Positions 12,894 to 28,085 of a stretch of DNA of 64,000 nt are shown here, one piece after another. Location: assembly GCF_001194135.2 (NCBI RefSeq), contig NC_068986.1, positions 69,274,442 through 69,338,441 of the forward strand. The letters are read 5' to 3'. How positions within the stretch are numbered: the stretch's first letter is position 1; each line of letters begins with the position of its first letter. The notes under the pieces were generated by a model. That model searched no databases, had not been told where the DNA came from, and was given only the letters and a program-made list of their open reading frames with translations. Made by a program: the position numbers and the translations under genes. The DNA comes from Octopus bimaculoides. Its lineage: Eukaryota.

Positions 12894-15799
12894 GTTAGTT
12901 GGTGGATTGTAGAAAATAATACGTTTAAGGAGAATGGTGAGGAGCAGGTTTTTTTTAAAGACAAATTAGCTTTCTATCATTGAAAAAATTTCTTTTTCAC
13001 TTTCTTTATATTGTACCAGGTTTTCTGAATAAAATTTACAGAGATGCTATGTAGTAGCTCTCACATCTTCACATGAGCAAAGCACTCACTCAATGTGGCA
13101 TATTAAAGATATATTGCTAGATAGCTACGGAAACGGACACTGTATTGTACATTTCTTGCATCCATCACAAATATATTCTCGTAATACTAATCAGTTATAG
13201 CTATATACATAATAGACAACATAGGTTTCATCATATATAGTCACAAGGTATATGTATACCATAAACACACACACACATACGCATACGCACACACACACAC
13301 ACACACAGACACACGCACACACACACACACACGCAAACACACGCACACACACATACACACACACATGCTTGTTTTTATGTCAAGTCTCCTATGTAAACAA
13401 TTGAACATTACTTTTTAGTTGAAAGGATATTTATTAAATTTTACATAATATTTTAGTTGAATCCTAAAACGCAAAAACAACTTTCTATACAAAAATTTTC
13501 GTGTCCGTTTACACTTTTACTTACATGCATTAAAAGAAAAAAATGTCCATGTCCGACCAAAATAACTGCCTTCACTATAACTTTGTCTTAACTTCCACAC
13601 TACAAACACATACTTTCCACCTATTCGTCTCTATACTTTTCCTTACACTACTACTTCCTCGGTCTGCCTACGCAATAACTAACTACCATCTACATAGCGC
13701 CATCCCCAGTAAAAAGAATAAAAAAAGATTCACCAATCGAAAAGGAACCAAAGTCAGATGAATATGAGCAAGCCAAAATTTCGAAGTCACTGTCAACCTT
13801 GTAAAAGTTAATACATTATATATATATATACAGCGAGAGAGAGAGAGAGAGAGAAAGAGAGAGGGAGAGAGAGCGAGAGANNNNNNNNNNNNNNNNNNNN
13901 NNNNNNNNNNNNNNNNNNNNNNNNNNNNNNNNNNNNNNNNNNNNNNNNNNNNNNNNNNNNNNNNNNNNNNNNNNNNNNNNNNNNNNNNNNNNNNNNNNNN
14001 NNNNNNNNNNNNNNNNNNNNNNNNNNNNNNNNNNNNNNNNNNNNNNNNNNNNNNNNNNNNNNNNNNNNNNNNNNNNNNNNNNNNNNNNNNNNNNNNNNNN
14101 NNNNNNNNNNNNNNNNNNNNNNNNNNNNNNNNNNNNNNNNNNNNNNNNNNNNNNNNNNNNNNNNNNNNNNNNNNNNNNNNNNNNNNNNNNNNNNNNNNNN
14201 NNNNNNNNNNNNNNNNNNNNNNNNNNNNNNNNNNNNNNNNNNNNNNNNNNNNNNNNNNNNNNNNNNNNNNNNNNNNNNNNNNNNNNNNNNNNNNNNNNNN
14301 NNNNNNNNNNNNNNNNNNNNNNNNNNNNNNNNNNNNNNNNNNNNNNNNNNNNNNNNNNNNNNNNNNNNNNNNNNNNNNNNNNNNNNNNNNNNNNNNNNNN
14401 NNNNNNNNNTATATATAGTAAAATGTACATATACACACATACTTTACAAACCTAACGATTTGGAAGAAAATCAAAAGAGACTGAAAGCATCGGAATCATA
14501 CCCTCAATGATATTATATGCAAACATTGTGTGTGTATGTCAGTGAACGTGTATACGTTATAAGTTTTTGTTTGTGTATATTTAACAGAAAAGATGTTATT
14601 GTTTCAAAAGAGCTATGTTTTCTCTCTAGCTTTTAACGTTTAAGCGTTAACTATTAGGCAGAATTAATACAATATTCAACCGCTAATTTAACGCTACGTA
14701 TAATAACTATGCATTGGGCCGACCGTTTTTAAGGATTATTATATCTATAACAATTGTTGCGTCTCTTTTTTGTGTCATTGTTGGTTTCTAATCCTCTGAT
14801 AATTCATTATTCTTCAATATGCTAAAATGTATAATTTTAAAATCCATTGATGTGAATCTACGTTGAACTCTTCAAACACTCCCTGTTTTGGATACGAGCC
14901 AATGACAATGTTTACATGACTAAGCAAATGCAAGAAGCTTATATTACTACTGCGTATTTCATCATTCATCACATGGCTTTGACTGTGAGTTCACACAAAA
15001 CAGAACATTGGCTCACGTGGTTTCCCATCCATTCTTGCCTATTGCAGCGAGTTCAATTTCTACTGGCTCAACTTCGCCTTTCATACCTACTATGATGTCA
15101 ATAAAATCTGTGGCGCCTAAACACACTATCGTCTCATTCGACTATAGCGTTCCCTATAAATCTGAAAACTTAGCAAGAAATATGTAATGAGAACAGTTGA
15201 AGCAGAGATAATCGACACTCTTCCAGTATCTGATTATAAAATTTTACTGATTTTATATTTGCAGCAAGTTTGGGAAGATCTTAAATGTTACACTAAACTC
15301 TATCTTTCCCCAAAAGTAGAGGGCATTTCTATCTTGTTAATAAACGTTAATATTATATCAGAGGAAGCGTCTGAAGTAATAAAACAGTCTTCTTTCTTAT
15401 GCTATCGATTTAAATACAGTCAGTGTCAAGTTCGCCTTATCTTTTGATGTCATTAAAAATGTACCAACAATATATACTAGCGACAATAGGTAATTTTTGT
15501 CAATTCTGCAACAATACTCCTTGTGGTCAGTTAAGAAAGCATTGTAGGTGAAAATGAAAAATTTGGTCGTCTTAAGATCGCGATAACGGTTCAAATTACA
15601 GTTGAATCTATGATATGTTAATTTTAACACTTATATTGCTATGCTCCTTATGAAATGCAGACAATTCTATATAAAATATTTAATGAACATAATGTATAAT
15701 TTATATCCTTGTTTTTTGCAGAGATGAGATTCTAAAGTTTCCAGAGATGAACTTTTGATGTTCGTTAAAAGTAAAAGTCCATATCCCTAGGAGGCTCAC

Positions 15800-16600
15800 C
15801 GACTCTCCAAACATCTTTAATTCCTTTCTTAGCTTTAAACCTGAGTTCTCTGCCATCTCACCGTGTAGGTTGGATCGTCTAATTACTGGTTAATCAAGAA
15901 AATACACTCCATATTGATTTCAAGCTCCCCACATCTTCACCCTTGTCGGAATTCGGCTGATTTCGTGTAGAATTTTCTTGAAATTAAATGAATTTTCTCT
16001 CGTCTGAAAAAGCTTAGTGGGTATTTGAAGGATTCATTAACTAGACTCCAGTACTGTAGTAAAACTAAATCATTCGCACATCTGTTCTCCTATATTACAC
16101 AACTAACCCATGAGAACTTCTGCAAAAAGATATACCATATTGTTAAGCTTGATCAAGATCTCGACTGCATCTGAAATTCTAGGCAAAATTACGTGTGTTT
16201 GGGTGTTAGTTCTGTCAACTTTGGTGCAGCTAGTACATTAGTAAATACTCCAGAGACCGTCAAACCGAAGTCCATTGGTAAGATTAGTAAACTCATTTTG
16301 TAAGATACCATTGTTTTTAACAAACTGACGCACTCTATCCTATAACGGTTCATGCACACCTGCACAACATGCTCTAACTTCTTTTTCTATAATCGTTCTT
16401 GAAGTGTCTCACCACAGACCTCACTCTAAATACTCAGTATTATATTTTTTATAACCTATTCTGCACCCTCGTCTGAGATCACATTTTCTACACGAGCTTC
16501 ACATTAAACACGTTAGTCACATCAATCCGAGAGAGCCTAAACACTTCATGAGTACTGGTCTCCTCACGCAGAGCAAAGTATGGTACTTTAATGGGAGAAA
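15800..16600 (-). mobile_element. Highly decayed LINE RT remnant (RTE-like)
   Basis: Minus-strand CANDLVLL at ~16060-16085 resembles YADDLVL. The surrounding sequence has many stops. Confidence 0.3.
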
Positions 16601-17327
16601 GAAAGGTGAAGGTGTACTGTTTATGTCTTTCCTAAGAGGATAGTAGTATTGTTAAAAATAGCAAGTATGGTTTACAGAACGATTAAAAGGTTAATGTATC
16701 ATGTTATTTAATCTTAAAACTAAATTTTAATCTTAAAACTAAGTTTTACAAGTAGAATTAAACTGACGTTTGTATAAATCATTCTCTCATTGAAACATTA
16801 ATTTGGTCTACTTAGATATGATTAAAACTCCTTACAGTGAAGAAAAGTAGATAAATTAATAGTTCGCTATTCAGTATAATATTTCACGCTTCGCTTCCAT
16901 CCATGCCAAATAGTTTGGGAACTGAAGTCTCATCCGTAAATAAGTGTAAAGAGACTGTAAACATCCGTTTCCTTTATAAGCGTTGTATATTAAATGTATT
17001 TCCTAGCAGTAACTTAAAATAATTAGACTGTTGTACTTTTTGAAAAAAATTCTGAGATGGCGATTTTATTTTGGGTGGTAGTGGTGAGAGTATCACTCAA
17101 TACTGATTCTCAGACTGCATTTTTGCTTAATGCAGGTGTAGGCTATGTAGAAAGATATTAAAAATAGCAAAATATGGATACTTTACAGTATTTGAAATCC
17201 TCTTACTGTTATTGTCCAGTGTATGGTCGAATTTATTTTACTTATTATCAATGAAATAACCCCCAGACATGTGCAGGGTAAATTTAACTTACTACAGTCG
17301 TCTCACCAAGTTTATGAGTTTATTTCT

Positions 17328-17359
<32 letters not shown>

Positions 17360-17363
17360 TGTA

Positions 17364-17407
<44 letters not shown>

Positions 17408-18279
17408 CGGAGACTGATCAATAACTATCCGGATTGTTGCTATAGTAACGAAACTAAAGTACGCAGACTAAAGCCGCATGACAATGATTGACCTTGAACT
17501 TTGCTGTGCATGCGCATTAAGTTTTAACATTTTAGCTCACTTCCGCTGTTTACAGCAGTGCTTGGAAGGAAGGTGTGTAGCGTGTGATCGTCGCATTGAC
17601 CATGATAGAAGAAGTTGTCATGGTGACACCTGCTTAAAAGCCTACGCAATGTTGCAAAAGGTGTATGGAGGGGAGTGTAAGAGTCACACACAATTGTACG
17701 AGTGGTTTAGACGTTTCCAAGATGGCCGAAGAAACGTTGAAATTGACGAGGGTTCTGTGAAACACGCAACCAGGAGAACTGAGAAAGACATCGCAGATGT
17801 GCGTGCTACTGTGATGGGAGATCGTTGAATCACCATCTGTGAGTTATCAGAGGATGTGCAGACTAGTTACGGTTCAGTTCAGTCCATTATCACGTGTCTG
17901 CCAAGTTTGTGCTAAAACTGCTTTCAGGTGACCAAAAAGACTCTCGGGTTTCAGTTGAAAAAGATCTTCTTGATTGTCTGGAGAACGATGGAAATTTTTG
18001 AAAACTTTGCGTAGGCTTCTGAGCAGGTATTGCCAAGATCTTGGCAAAATTTGATGCAAATTCTCTGCTCAACTTTCTCTCTCATGATCAATGCGACGAT
18101 CACACGCTACACACCTTCCTTCCAATCACTGCTGTAAACAGCGGCAGTGATCTAGAACGTTAAAACTTAGTACGCTTGTACAACAACGTTCAAGGTCAAT
18201 CTGTGCCAAGCGGCTTCATTATGCGTGATTTAGTTTCATTACTATGGCAACAGTCTGGATACTTACTGATCAGACCACG
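17408..18279. mobile_element. Non-autonomous mariner derivative with long inverted arms
   Basis: TA-flanked TIRs cggagactgatcaataactatccggattgttgctatag and its inverse at the right end. Plus-strand HTH LKAYAMLQKVYGGECKSHTQLYEWFRRFQDGR; the right arm encodes the same N-terminus on the minus strand. Confidence 0.85.
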
Positions 18280-18289
18280 TATGCATGTG

Positions 18290-19480
18290 TGACACACATA
18301 AATACTTACATACTTATCATGATGGTCATATTCAACGAAGAGTTTTCACAAGTGTTCAATATTACTAACGGGACTAAACAAGGTTGTATCATAGCTCCCG
18401 TTGTCTTTGCTCTTATTTTCTCAATAACGTTCTTTCGTGCCCATGGTGATCTTGTAAAAGCGCGTCAAATATAATTTTTGCACAAGTATTGATCTTTTTA
18501 ATCACCATCCATTTAAAGCTAACACTTTAACCGGAACTAGCATAATACGTGATTGTTTTGCAGCTGGCGCTGCACTCATCGCGAAAGACAATCCAAAAAT
18601 TTAAGAACTCCTCGATTTTTTTTCCACTTTCAAGTAATGCTTTTGTGCTATTCATCAAAATAAAAGAACAGAAGTAGAGTATCAACCAAACCTTATTCCT
18701 AAATTGATAAAAGGCGAGAGCTCACAAATTCTCAGATACAACAATCACATTTGGAGATAGCAACCTGAAATATGTGGAACACTTCAGCGACTTTAAAAGC
18801 CCCATCAACTCCCGTACGTCCTTAGATGATAAGTTTGTCAACCGAATTTCCAACACAAAAGAATCTTTTTGGAAACTTATCATTGCCTTTGGAATGAAAG
18901 AGGGACGTCTCGCAAATCGCTTTGTATCCAGTCCTTGTACTGACTACTCCCTTATATTGGTCAGAATTGTAGACCTCACATCGAAGCTGCATAAAACAAC
19001 TTGAAACTTTTCACAAACATTGTGTTCGTTCGATCTGCGAATACAGTTTTCAGGGACAATTAATCTCCGACTCTGATATATTCACTAAATGTGGCATCAG
19101 CAGCATTGGATCATTTTTGAGTTAATCTCATCTTAGATGACACATGTCTCATCAGAATAAGACTTCTTGTGTAGCCAACTTCATGATAGCACGGGTTGCA
19201 GGTACGCTATAGACGTATTTCAAAAAGCAAACTTAAATGCAATCTGAAAATATAGCCCTTTTGGACCCTTTGATATATCTACCGTGGATAGCTCGAAACG
19301 GAGGACAAGTTGTCACCAAGGTATCATAAACTTCGAGTGAATCTTTTAAGTTAATCTGAGAAAATAAAAAACGCATACAACAAATAGATTCAACACACCA
19401 GAAGTATTGTCTGACAACTCCACAACCTGTTACCCAAACTATGGTTTGGTACACAAATCTCTTGTTGGGTTAGTGTCTTA
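18290..19480 (+). mobile_element. RTE/BovB-like LINE RT remnant
   Basis: FNITNGTKQGCIIAPVVFALIFS (RT QG..P motif), followed by decayed post-RT sequence. Confidence 0.7.
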
Positions 19481-19596
19481 CAAGCAACATAAACATTCAG
19501 AAATTTTTGTTCTGTTCATAAACGGAAATTCCTCTCATAGACTTTCATAGATTTTCATAAACGGAAATTGACACGAGAGTCCATCACACACACACA

Positions 19597-19649
<53 letters not shown>

Positions 19650-19993
19650 ACGGAGGCACGCACACACATACACACGTACACCTCCACACATATGCACGCA
19701 CACTCACACATTCACACACATACACGCACGCACGCACGCACACATACGCAATTGTATGTGTGCCTACGTGCCTATGTATATGTATACNNNNNNNNNNNNN
19801 NNNNNNNNNNNNNNNNNNNNNNNNNNNNNNNNNNNNNNNNNNNNNNNNNNNNNNNNNNNNNNNNNNNNNNNNNNNNNNNNNNNNNNNNNNNNNNNNNNNN
19901 NNNNNNNNNNNNNNNNNNNNNNNNNNNNNNNNNNNNNNNNNNNNNNNNNNNNNNNNNNNNNNNNNNNNNNNNNNNNNNNNNNNNTATATATAT

Positions 19994-20027
<34 letters not shown>

Positions 20028-20945
20028 GTATATATCCACATACATATGTCATAAACACGAAACAAATTTAACAGACGCTGTTTGATATTATATAAGATGA
20101 GTGCTGGTATGAAACTCTATAACGTAAGTTTATTAGTTGCTGAACTGATTTCCATAAGAAATTTTATCTTAAACGATAAACATTATTTTATGCTGATATA
20201 TGAAGTAAATATCAATTTGTACTATGGTTTTTTGATGAAAGAGATGTTTATGCGGTCTTCTGTTTCTCTCCAATTGATCTGTCATCAGGCACTTTAAAAC
20301 CCACTTATATAGAGAGGTTATTTCATGTTGGTAAACACGGCAATGACATTGCAAACCATTCATTGCTATTGCACTGTGTGAATTGTACTAAGTGGCATTG
20401 TATAGTCAGTGCTCTAAAGTTCTCTTTGTACTCGCCATACTAGAACGCTCTTACAGCGACGTTAAATAAGATTGCCATTCCAAATCACGAATCTTAGTTC
20501 GAGATTTTTTTTTTACAATACGTTCCTTGTTTTCATAGACAAAAGCTGATTTTTTCGTCATGTTATTTAGTGTCTCACCATGCTAGAGACTAATATAAAT
20601 TTAAGAAAAATGAATTGGAAACTATCAGGTAGTAAGTTTTTCTACTATCATTTCGTTTTTTCCCATCACTAGCCTGCTTTTTTCTCTCACGCTCACTTAT
20701 GTGAATATTCCACAAGCCTCCCACTCTATCTCTCATCCTTCTTCTCTTTCTCTCCTTATATCAACACCTCACAGGCCTGTTTATGTCTTTCTCTCTGCCT
20801 GTCCTCTTCTATATGAATATCTCACAAATCTCTCTCTGCCTGTCTTTCTCTCTCTACATCAAAAGCCTTCCTTTATCTTTCACACACACCTGTCCTCTCT
20901 TTGTCACCGTCTCACCACTTTCCTGTTATCGTTCATTTCCATCGT

Positions 20946-20988
<43 letters not shown>

Positions 20989-21326
20989 CTCAATCAACAT
21001 TTCTATACCTTGTTCTTGTCTCTTCATATCTCCCTGCATGTGCAAGCCGTTTAATGNNNNNNNNNNNNNNNNNNNNNNNNNNNNNNNNNNNNNNNNNNNN
21101 NNNNNNNNNNNNNNNNNNNNNNNNNNNNNNNNNNNNNNNNNNNNNNNNNNNNNNNNNNNNNNNNNNNNNNNNNNNNNNNNNNNNNNNNNNNNNNNNNNNN
21201 NNNNNNNNNNNNNNNNNNNNNNNNNNNNNNNNNNNNNNNNNNNNNNNNNNNNNNNNNNNNNNNNNNNNNNNNNNNNNNNNNNNNNNNNNNNNNNNNNNNN
21301 NNNNNNNNNNNNNNNNNNNNNNNNNN

Positions 21327-21388
<62 letters not shown>

Positions 21389-22510
21389 AGTGATTAAAAG
21401 AGAGTAGACGAAGTCAGTTACTTTTGAGTAGGCGTGGCATGAGAAATAAATGATGATTATTAGCAAACCAAGAGCATCATACGCATAAATGAAAATATTT
21501 AGCTTCAACCGGAAATTGAAACCAGAATTTTTTTCATGGAACTGTCACTAAGGAGAAAAGATGGCATTATGATCTCTTGGAAGACCTCAAAGACATGAAA
21601 AATGATGGGAGGAAGATGTCTTCAGACCAGCGGCTTAATCGAAAGGCATCAAAAGTAATGTTGTTGCTTCTACTGGGCGATGGATTATGTCTGTCATTAC
21701 TTGTAGTCTTGTTTCGCAGGAATTTTATCAACTCCACATCAGTGCTAGACACTGAGATAAACGAAAAGGTTCTTGGTTAATGCTGTAATTAGTTGATATG
21801 CCAGCTTCTTTTCTTTGAGTTCCTCTCCGAAAAATATAACATAAACTATTCTCTACTTCAATGAAAGACGCTATGAAACTCAATCTTTCATCTCCTAATT
21901 ACAATACACCACAGAGGCCAGTAATTTTTGCATATGATGGCACCCTATATAATTTCATTGCACAATCTTTGATCGCAGAACAACTCTAATAATCCACGAT
22001 ATTTTGTACACTTCGAAAGCGATGTTTTCTCGTGAAAATGTGACAATAAATGTGAAAACGCGAATATTACAACAAATTTGCTATGTCTTGAAGCGAAATT
22101 CAGTGCGAAGGCTAATGTAGCAGGCCAAACAATAGAGTGGAGATGTTGCTTGGCAACAATTAAGTTGCAATGACTAATGATCAAATTATTAGAGGCAACA
22201 TATCCAGAAGGCACGTGCATAAATGCATAAATTGCAGTATTTATTCATGTTTTTCTTAATATATGCTTATTTGTGCAAAATAACGGCAAACACTTCTATA
22301 TTCATAAGTATATACTATTAAATATGTACAAGCATCCATACATGCATAAGTATATATTTATAAATCATATATGTATGCACATATATGCACGTAAATAAAT
22401 ATATATGTATAAAGAGTGCATCTATGTATGCATGTATGTATCTATCTATCTATCTATCTTTCTATCTATCTATCTATCTATCTATCTAGTTCTCTTTCTC
22501 TCTACATTTA

Positions 22511-22541
<31 letters not shown>

Positions 22542-22991
22542 NNNNNNNNNNNNNNNNNNNNNNNNNNNNNNNNNNNNNNNNNNNNNNNNNNNNNNNNNNN
22601 NNNNNNNNNNNNNNNNNNNNNNNNNNNNNNNNNNNNNNNNNNNNNNNNNNNNNNNNNNNNNNNNNNNNNNNNNNNNNNNNNNNNNNNNNNNNNNNNNNNN
22701 NNNNNNNNNNNNNNNNNNNNNNNNNNNNNNNNNNNNNNNNNNNNNNNNNNNNNNNNNNNNNNNNNNNNNNNNNNNNNNNNNNNNNNNNNNNNNNNNNNNN
22801 NNNNNNNNNNNNNNNNNNNNNNNNNNNNNNNNNNNNNNNNNNNNNNNNNNNNNNNNNNNNNNNNNNNNNNNNNNNNNNNNNNNNNNNNNNNNNNNNNNNN
22901 NNNNNNNNNNNNNNNNNNNNNNNNNNNNNNNNNNNNNNNNNNNNNNNNNNNNNNNNNNNNNNNNNNNNNNNNNNNNNNNNNNNNNNNNNNN

Positions 22992-23020
<29 letters not shown>

Positions 23021-23022
<2 letters not shown>

Positions 23023-24240
23023 GAGGGTGTCAGAAATTAATTGCGTTTTTCACCATTATGAAATATGAACCAATCACGCCAGAGCCAAGGTCGAATGGGC
23101 GGGAATTGTCTAGAAATAGTATATCACCTCTTCTATCCGGTAGTGTGCCATTCATAGTTATTTTGGGAATTAAACCCATGGAGGATAAGAACTTTATGAA
23201 ACAACAAATTCGCCATTGCTTACTGTATGAGTTTCGAAAGAAAAGTACTGCTACAGAAGCAATGAAAAACATTTATGAAGTGTATCCAGATGCAGCGAAA
23301 GCTCGTACATGTCAGTTGTGGTTTAAAAAGTTTAAAGATGGTGATTGTGATATATCCGACAAGCGACGTTCTGGAAGACGACCCACTCTGAATGACTATC
23401 TTTTGAATGCGACCATTGTATCAGATCCATGTCAAAGGACCAGATATTTGGCACAAAAATTTAATGTTTCATGTTTAGCTATCCATGAACATCTCAAGCA
23501 AATTGGAAAAACATGCAAAGAAGGAATTTGGGTTCCACATGAGCTTACGCTTGAGAACCAAAGACAACGTTCCATCTGCAGCAGTCTTCTAACCAGGAAT
23601 AACAACCTTTCATTTCTGCAGCGCATTGTTACAGCTGATGAAAAATAGGTTTTGCATTACAACAGAAAACTAAAAAGACACTGGTTATCATGTAATGAGA
23701 GGCCAGTTCTAAGACCAAAACCATCCACAAAAATTCTTGCTCGGTGGAATATGAAAATTATCGTCCATTACGTGCTACTTGAACATGGAAGGACATTCAA
23801 TACAGATGTCTGTTGTCATCAACTTGATCATGTAAATGAAAAATTACGTCGAATGTGGCTAGCTTTGATAAACTGAAAAGGCGTTATTATCCAGCATGAC
23901 ACTGCACGTCAACACTCTTCAAAACAAGATCGTTAGGACCGGAAGTTCTTCCACATTCTCCATACTCACCTGACTTAGCACCTAAAGATTTCCATCTGTT
24001 CGGAACACTAGAACACTTTATAAGAGGTAAACCATTCAGAAACAGAGAAGTTGAAAACAGTTTCCCAGATATTTTTTCAGGAAAAGAAATAATAAGTTTC
24101 TTTGAATGTCGCATAAAAATGCTACTTGCCCGTTGGGCTGCAGTCGTTGAAAACGATGGTGATTACATTCTATTCAGATAAACGTAGTTTACATTCGTTT
24201 TTATATCCTTCTTGGAAAGATGCAATTACTTTCCGAACAC

Positions 24241-24244
<4 letters not shown>
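23021..24244 (+). mobile_element. Mariner (DD34D, SETMAR/Hsmar-like) element, near full length, pseudogenised
   Basis: MEDKNFMKQQIRHCLLYEFRK..WFKKFKDGDCDISDKRRSGR..GIWVPHEL..RIVTADEK* then HYNRKLKRHWL, and later HSPYSPDLAPKDFHLF-type sequence. Right TIR gcaattacttccgaacacccaa followed by TA. Confidence 0.92.
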
Positions 24245-24277
<33 letters not shown>

Positions 24278-24546
24278 TATGTGTGTGTGTTTGTGCGCAC
24301 GTGCATGTATGTATTGTTGACGTTCACTTTTCTATCCAAAGTTTTTTAACCCCAAATTTACGCGCCATTATATTTAGATTTATTTACTTCAAGTTTGACA
24401 GTTGTAAACAATATGAGTACGTAAAAGCATAAGTATATATTTATATATTCTAGATCTATTTCTTTTCATAGTTTTGTCCTCTCCGGAGCTTTGCTCAGAT
24501 GCAAAAGAAGTTTTTAAATGTTGAGTAAAGAGCTTTGCAGTATAGA

Positions 24547-25376
24547 CAAGGTGTTCGAGTTAAATTTTGTCAGTTTATATAAAAGGAAAAAAAACAAAAC
24601 AAAACAATATCCTATTCAAAAACAAAAGTATTTTTAAAAAATCAAAAAAATGTCTACCAGATTATGACTGAGAGATAACAGTTTACTCAAAGTAGCCGTC
24701 CTCAGCTTCCGTTACAGCCTCAAAACCGTTGCAGAGCCTGGTGCATGTGTTACTCACTGTGTCCTTGGAAGGATCTGCGAACACCTCCTTGAACACCAGC
24801 TCAGCCTTGGTGTTGCAGGCAGAGCGGTTGATGTCTTTCTCAACTGTACACCAAGGATTAAAATCTGGAGAGTTAGGAGGCTAGAAATTCTCCGACAACA
24901 CTTCTGACTTTTTTCGGAGATATGGCAAAGAACCAAATCCTGCTGACACACATATGGCCTTCCAGCAGCAGCCCTCTCCAGCAGCTTCACATAGCCGTCT
25001 GAATTGAGCCTAAGGCTTTCTTCAAAGATATGGAGCGGCATCTTACCCTTACTGGCAACACACCTAAAAACCTGCTGGTCACGGCTTCGTAGTCTTCGTT
25101 GCAGCTGTCCATTTCACGTCATACAAGCTTTACAATATTCACAGGCTATTGAGCAGCATTCTCGACGACAATATTTTGATATCCGGCGTAAATCATCATG
25201 ATACCGGCAACTCTTTTCCAATATTCAGATGGCATCCATCCTTTACATCAGCTAATTTCTTCTCAACAACTTCAGTCTTTAGACTGTTCGACGCCGTCGA
25301 CTGTTCACCAATACATCAACTTGTTCCTGGAAAAAGAAAACATAAACGATTGTCAAATTTAGCCTGAATATTCTGA
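24547..25376 (-). mobile_element. Tc1/mariner (DD37D/maT-like) internally deleted element
   Basis: Minus ORF MPLHIFEESLRLNSDGYVKLLE..AAGRPYVCQQD, with C-terminal EAEDGYFE-like sequence. Weak TIR similarity between caaggtgttcgagttaaattttgtca (~24547) and the inverse near 25351-25376. Confidence 0.7.
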
Positions 25377-25587
25377 TATATATATAAGACAAGATATGAA
25401 TAAAGGTCATTACATATTTTCCTTTATTAGAGTAAATTTGACTTACAGTTATTTCCAGTAGCCATTAAAGGTACAGTACTGATAGTTTTACTCAATCGGT
25501 CTATTTATCAGTTGAGAAAAATTGTACAACCTAAAAAGATTAATGCTACTTTCGTCAGAGCCATTTCTAGTTATGTATGTATGTATG

Positions 25588-25621
<34 letters not shown>

Positions 25622-25657
25622 TGTATGTATGTATGTATATATGTATGTATGTATGTA

Positions 25658-25722
<65 letters not shown>

Positions 25723-26161
25723 AATCCAAATATGAAACAACGAATGAGTTTAATAATATCTGGTTACAATTGTTTCTGAGCTCTAGTCTTAAAGCTAAAT
25801 GTAAGAGCACATCATTTGATTCAAGCCTGATGAAGTTTCATGCTTAAGTATAAAACCATAAATATTACGCAACTTATCGCACGGAACTTTTTTGTGTAAT
25901 GTCGTAAGAAACAGAGTGGTACCGAAACAATTATAACTTGCCATTAAATATATAATGGCTTTCTCTCTGTCGATCATTTGGATTATATGTTTCTCTTCAC
26001 TAGACCCACACATTAGATTTGCAGCTGTAGTACTTGAATGTTCTTCACCAGCGAAATTTCAATTTTCCTTGAAACTCTAATTCCAGAGTATAGATAGCCA
26101 CGAACACAGATTGAGTACTGCATTGGAAATACCCTGAGTTTCTACCCTATCAGGACCATTA

Positions 26162-26217
<56 letters not shown>

Positions 26218-26325
26218 NNNNNNNNNNNNNNNNNNNNNNNNNNNNNNNNNNNNNNNNNNNNNNNNNNNNNNNNNNNNNNNNNNNNNNNNNNNNNNNNNNN
26301 NNNNNNNNNNNNNNNNNNNNNNNNN

Positions 26326-26361
<36 letters not shown>

Positions 26362-27959
26362 TATACGTACATATATACACACATATATACATAATACATA
26401 TATATTATGTACACTGGTACATCTTCATGTTTTTTGTTTTAATTTTTATTTTCACAGTTAATTATAGATAAATTATTAATAGAAAAGACAGTCTTCGTAT
26501 TCATTATAATTGTCTTTGATTTGCACTCCCGTAAATATTCATAATCCAGTGAAGTGAACCCAGGATTTACCCACCAGATGGATTACAATGGGATTGCTTA
26601 CCCCAAGCAATTCTAGGTGCTTTCTACTGTTTGATGCAGTTAATCTGAATCCGGTCTATACTTGAGTTCTCGTACGGTACCTGCCTGGATAATTTATCCC
26701 TATATACTCATTATATCTATAGTGATATATGAGTAGATGTGTATATGTGTTTACGTGTTTCGTATGCATGTTTATATATTTACATACACGCACACATATC
26801 TTTAAGTATGTTTTTCCTAATACAGTATACATACCGAGTAGAATGCAAACCGTGTAGAAATGTATATCTACAAGGATACCGTTATCAAAGTCATAATAAA
26901 GACAACACATGTCGCAGTTTTATTATTATCACACGTCTTCAATGATGCCTTTAGACTGTCTTGTTATCACATCTATATCAGTTTGCAGTATTATCTCAAG
27001 TATCGGTTTTGCTACCATCTATAAATATCTTGACAGATACACAGGTTTAAACTAATATCAAGAAATCACCTCTGTTATAAATGTATAAACACCTTGGAGA
27101 TGCACTCGAGCCTTGAACCAATGTTCTAATGTTCTCTTATGATAAGAATATTATCGTATACTATCATATTAACCCATAACATAGTGAGATCCCGAAGCCT
27201 TCATGAAGTAAGGCATGTTTTTTCATTATAGGCCGTCTGACATAGCAGGAATTTGTGAAATTAAAGTTACTAAAGGTATTAGCAGAATGAATATAATTAT
27301 ATCTAACAGCATTTACTTTTATAAATTTTAAATACATTTGAAATAAAGCCATCCTTAGGCTTAACCTACAATATATAGAAAAAACCACTAAGCTATGCTA
27401 TAACACACATACACACGCACACGCATATACACACACACGCACACATACAGATTTAGAGTTTAGATTATTGAAATATATTTCTCTCGATGCAACAGCATTT
27501 ATATTTACAATGCAATACTTGAACACATTGCAGCGAGATTTCAAACGTTGTATTTCGAAATCATTAGAAGATGCCATAAAAAAATTCATCAAAAGACTAA
27601 AAATGTAAACAATAGGAATTACCTTTGGAGCTGACAACGAAGTTTGAGATTAACTTTCGATGTGCACTGTTTCGTAGCTGCATAATAAAACGACTTTAAT
27701 ATTTTCGCTTTCAAGAACAGTAAGTTTAGTGACAGCTTTATTTGCAAAGGCTTCCTTTTCTGCTTTTGTTTGATGAAAGTGGTCCTAACATACACACATA
27801 CATACATGCATACATACATACACACATACATACATACATACATACATACATACACACATACATATATAAATTACATGCTTACATGCATACATGCATACAT
27901 GCAAGTATGCATACTTATACACATAATTAACGATTCCTGTAAATATAAATTGTTCTCCA

Positions 27960-28085
27960 GCACTGGGCGAAGGTCAACGTTTCATAGGCAAGGTGAGATG
28001 ATACAATCAACATCAGCGCTTGACTGGTACTTGTTTCATCGACCCCAAGAGACGAAAACTAAAGTTGACATCAGAAAAATTAGTC
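27960..28085 (-). mobile_element. SINE family A partial copy
   Basis: actggtacttgtttcatcgacccc...aaagttgac matches the reverse complement of the SINE A core. Confidence 0.55.

Noticed and set aside
20255-20295. Minus-strand CTGATGA...GAAAcagaagac
   Set aside because: There is no NUH triplet and no helix II; chance match or too decayed to call.
26115-26160. Minus-strand CTGATAG-ggta-GAAA-ctcagg-GTA hammerhead-like string
   Set aside because: The core is wrong (CTGATAG), there is no stem II and no stem I pairing.
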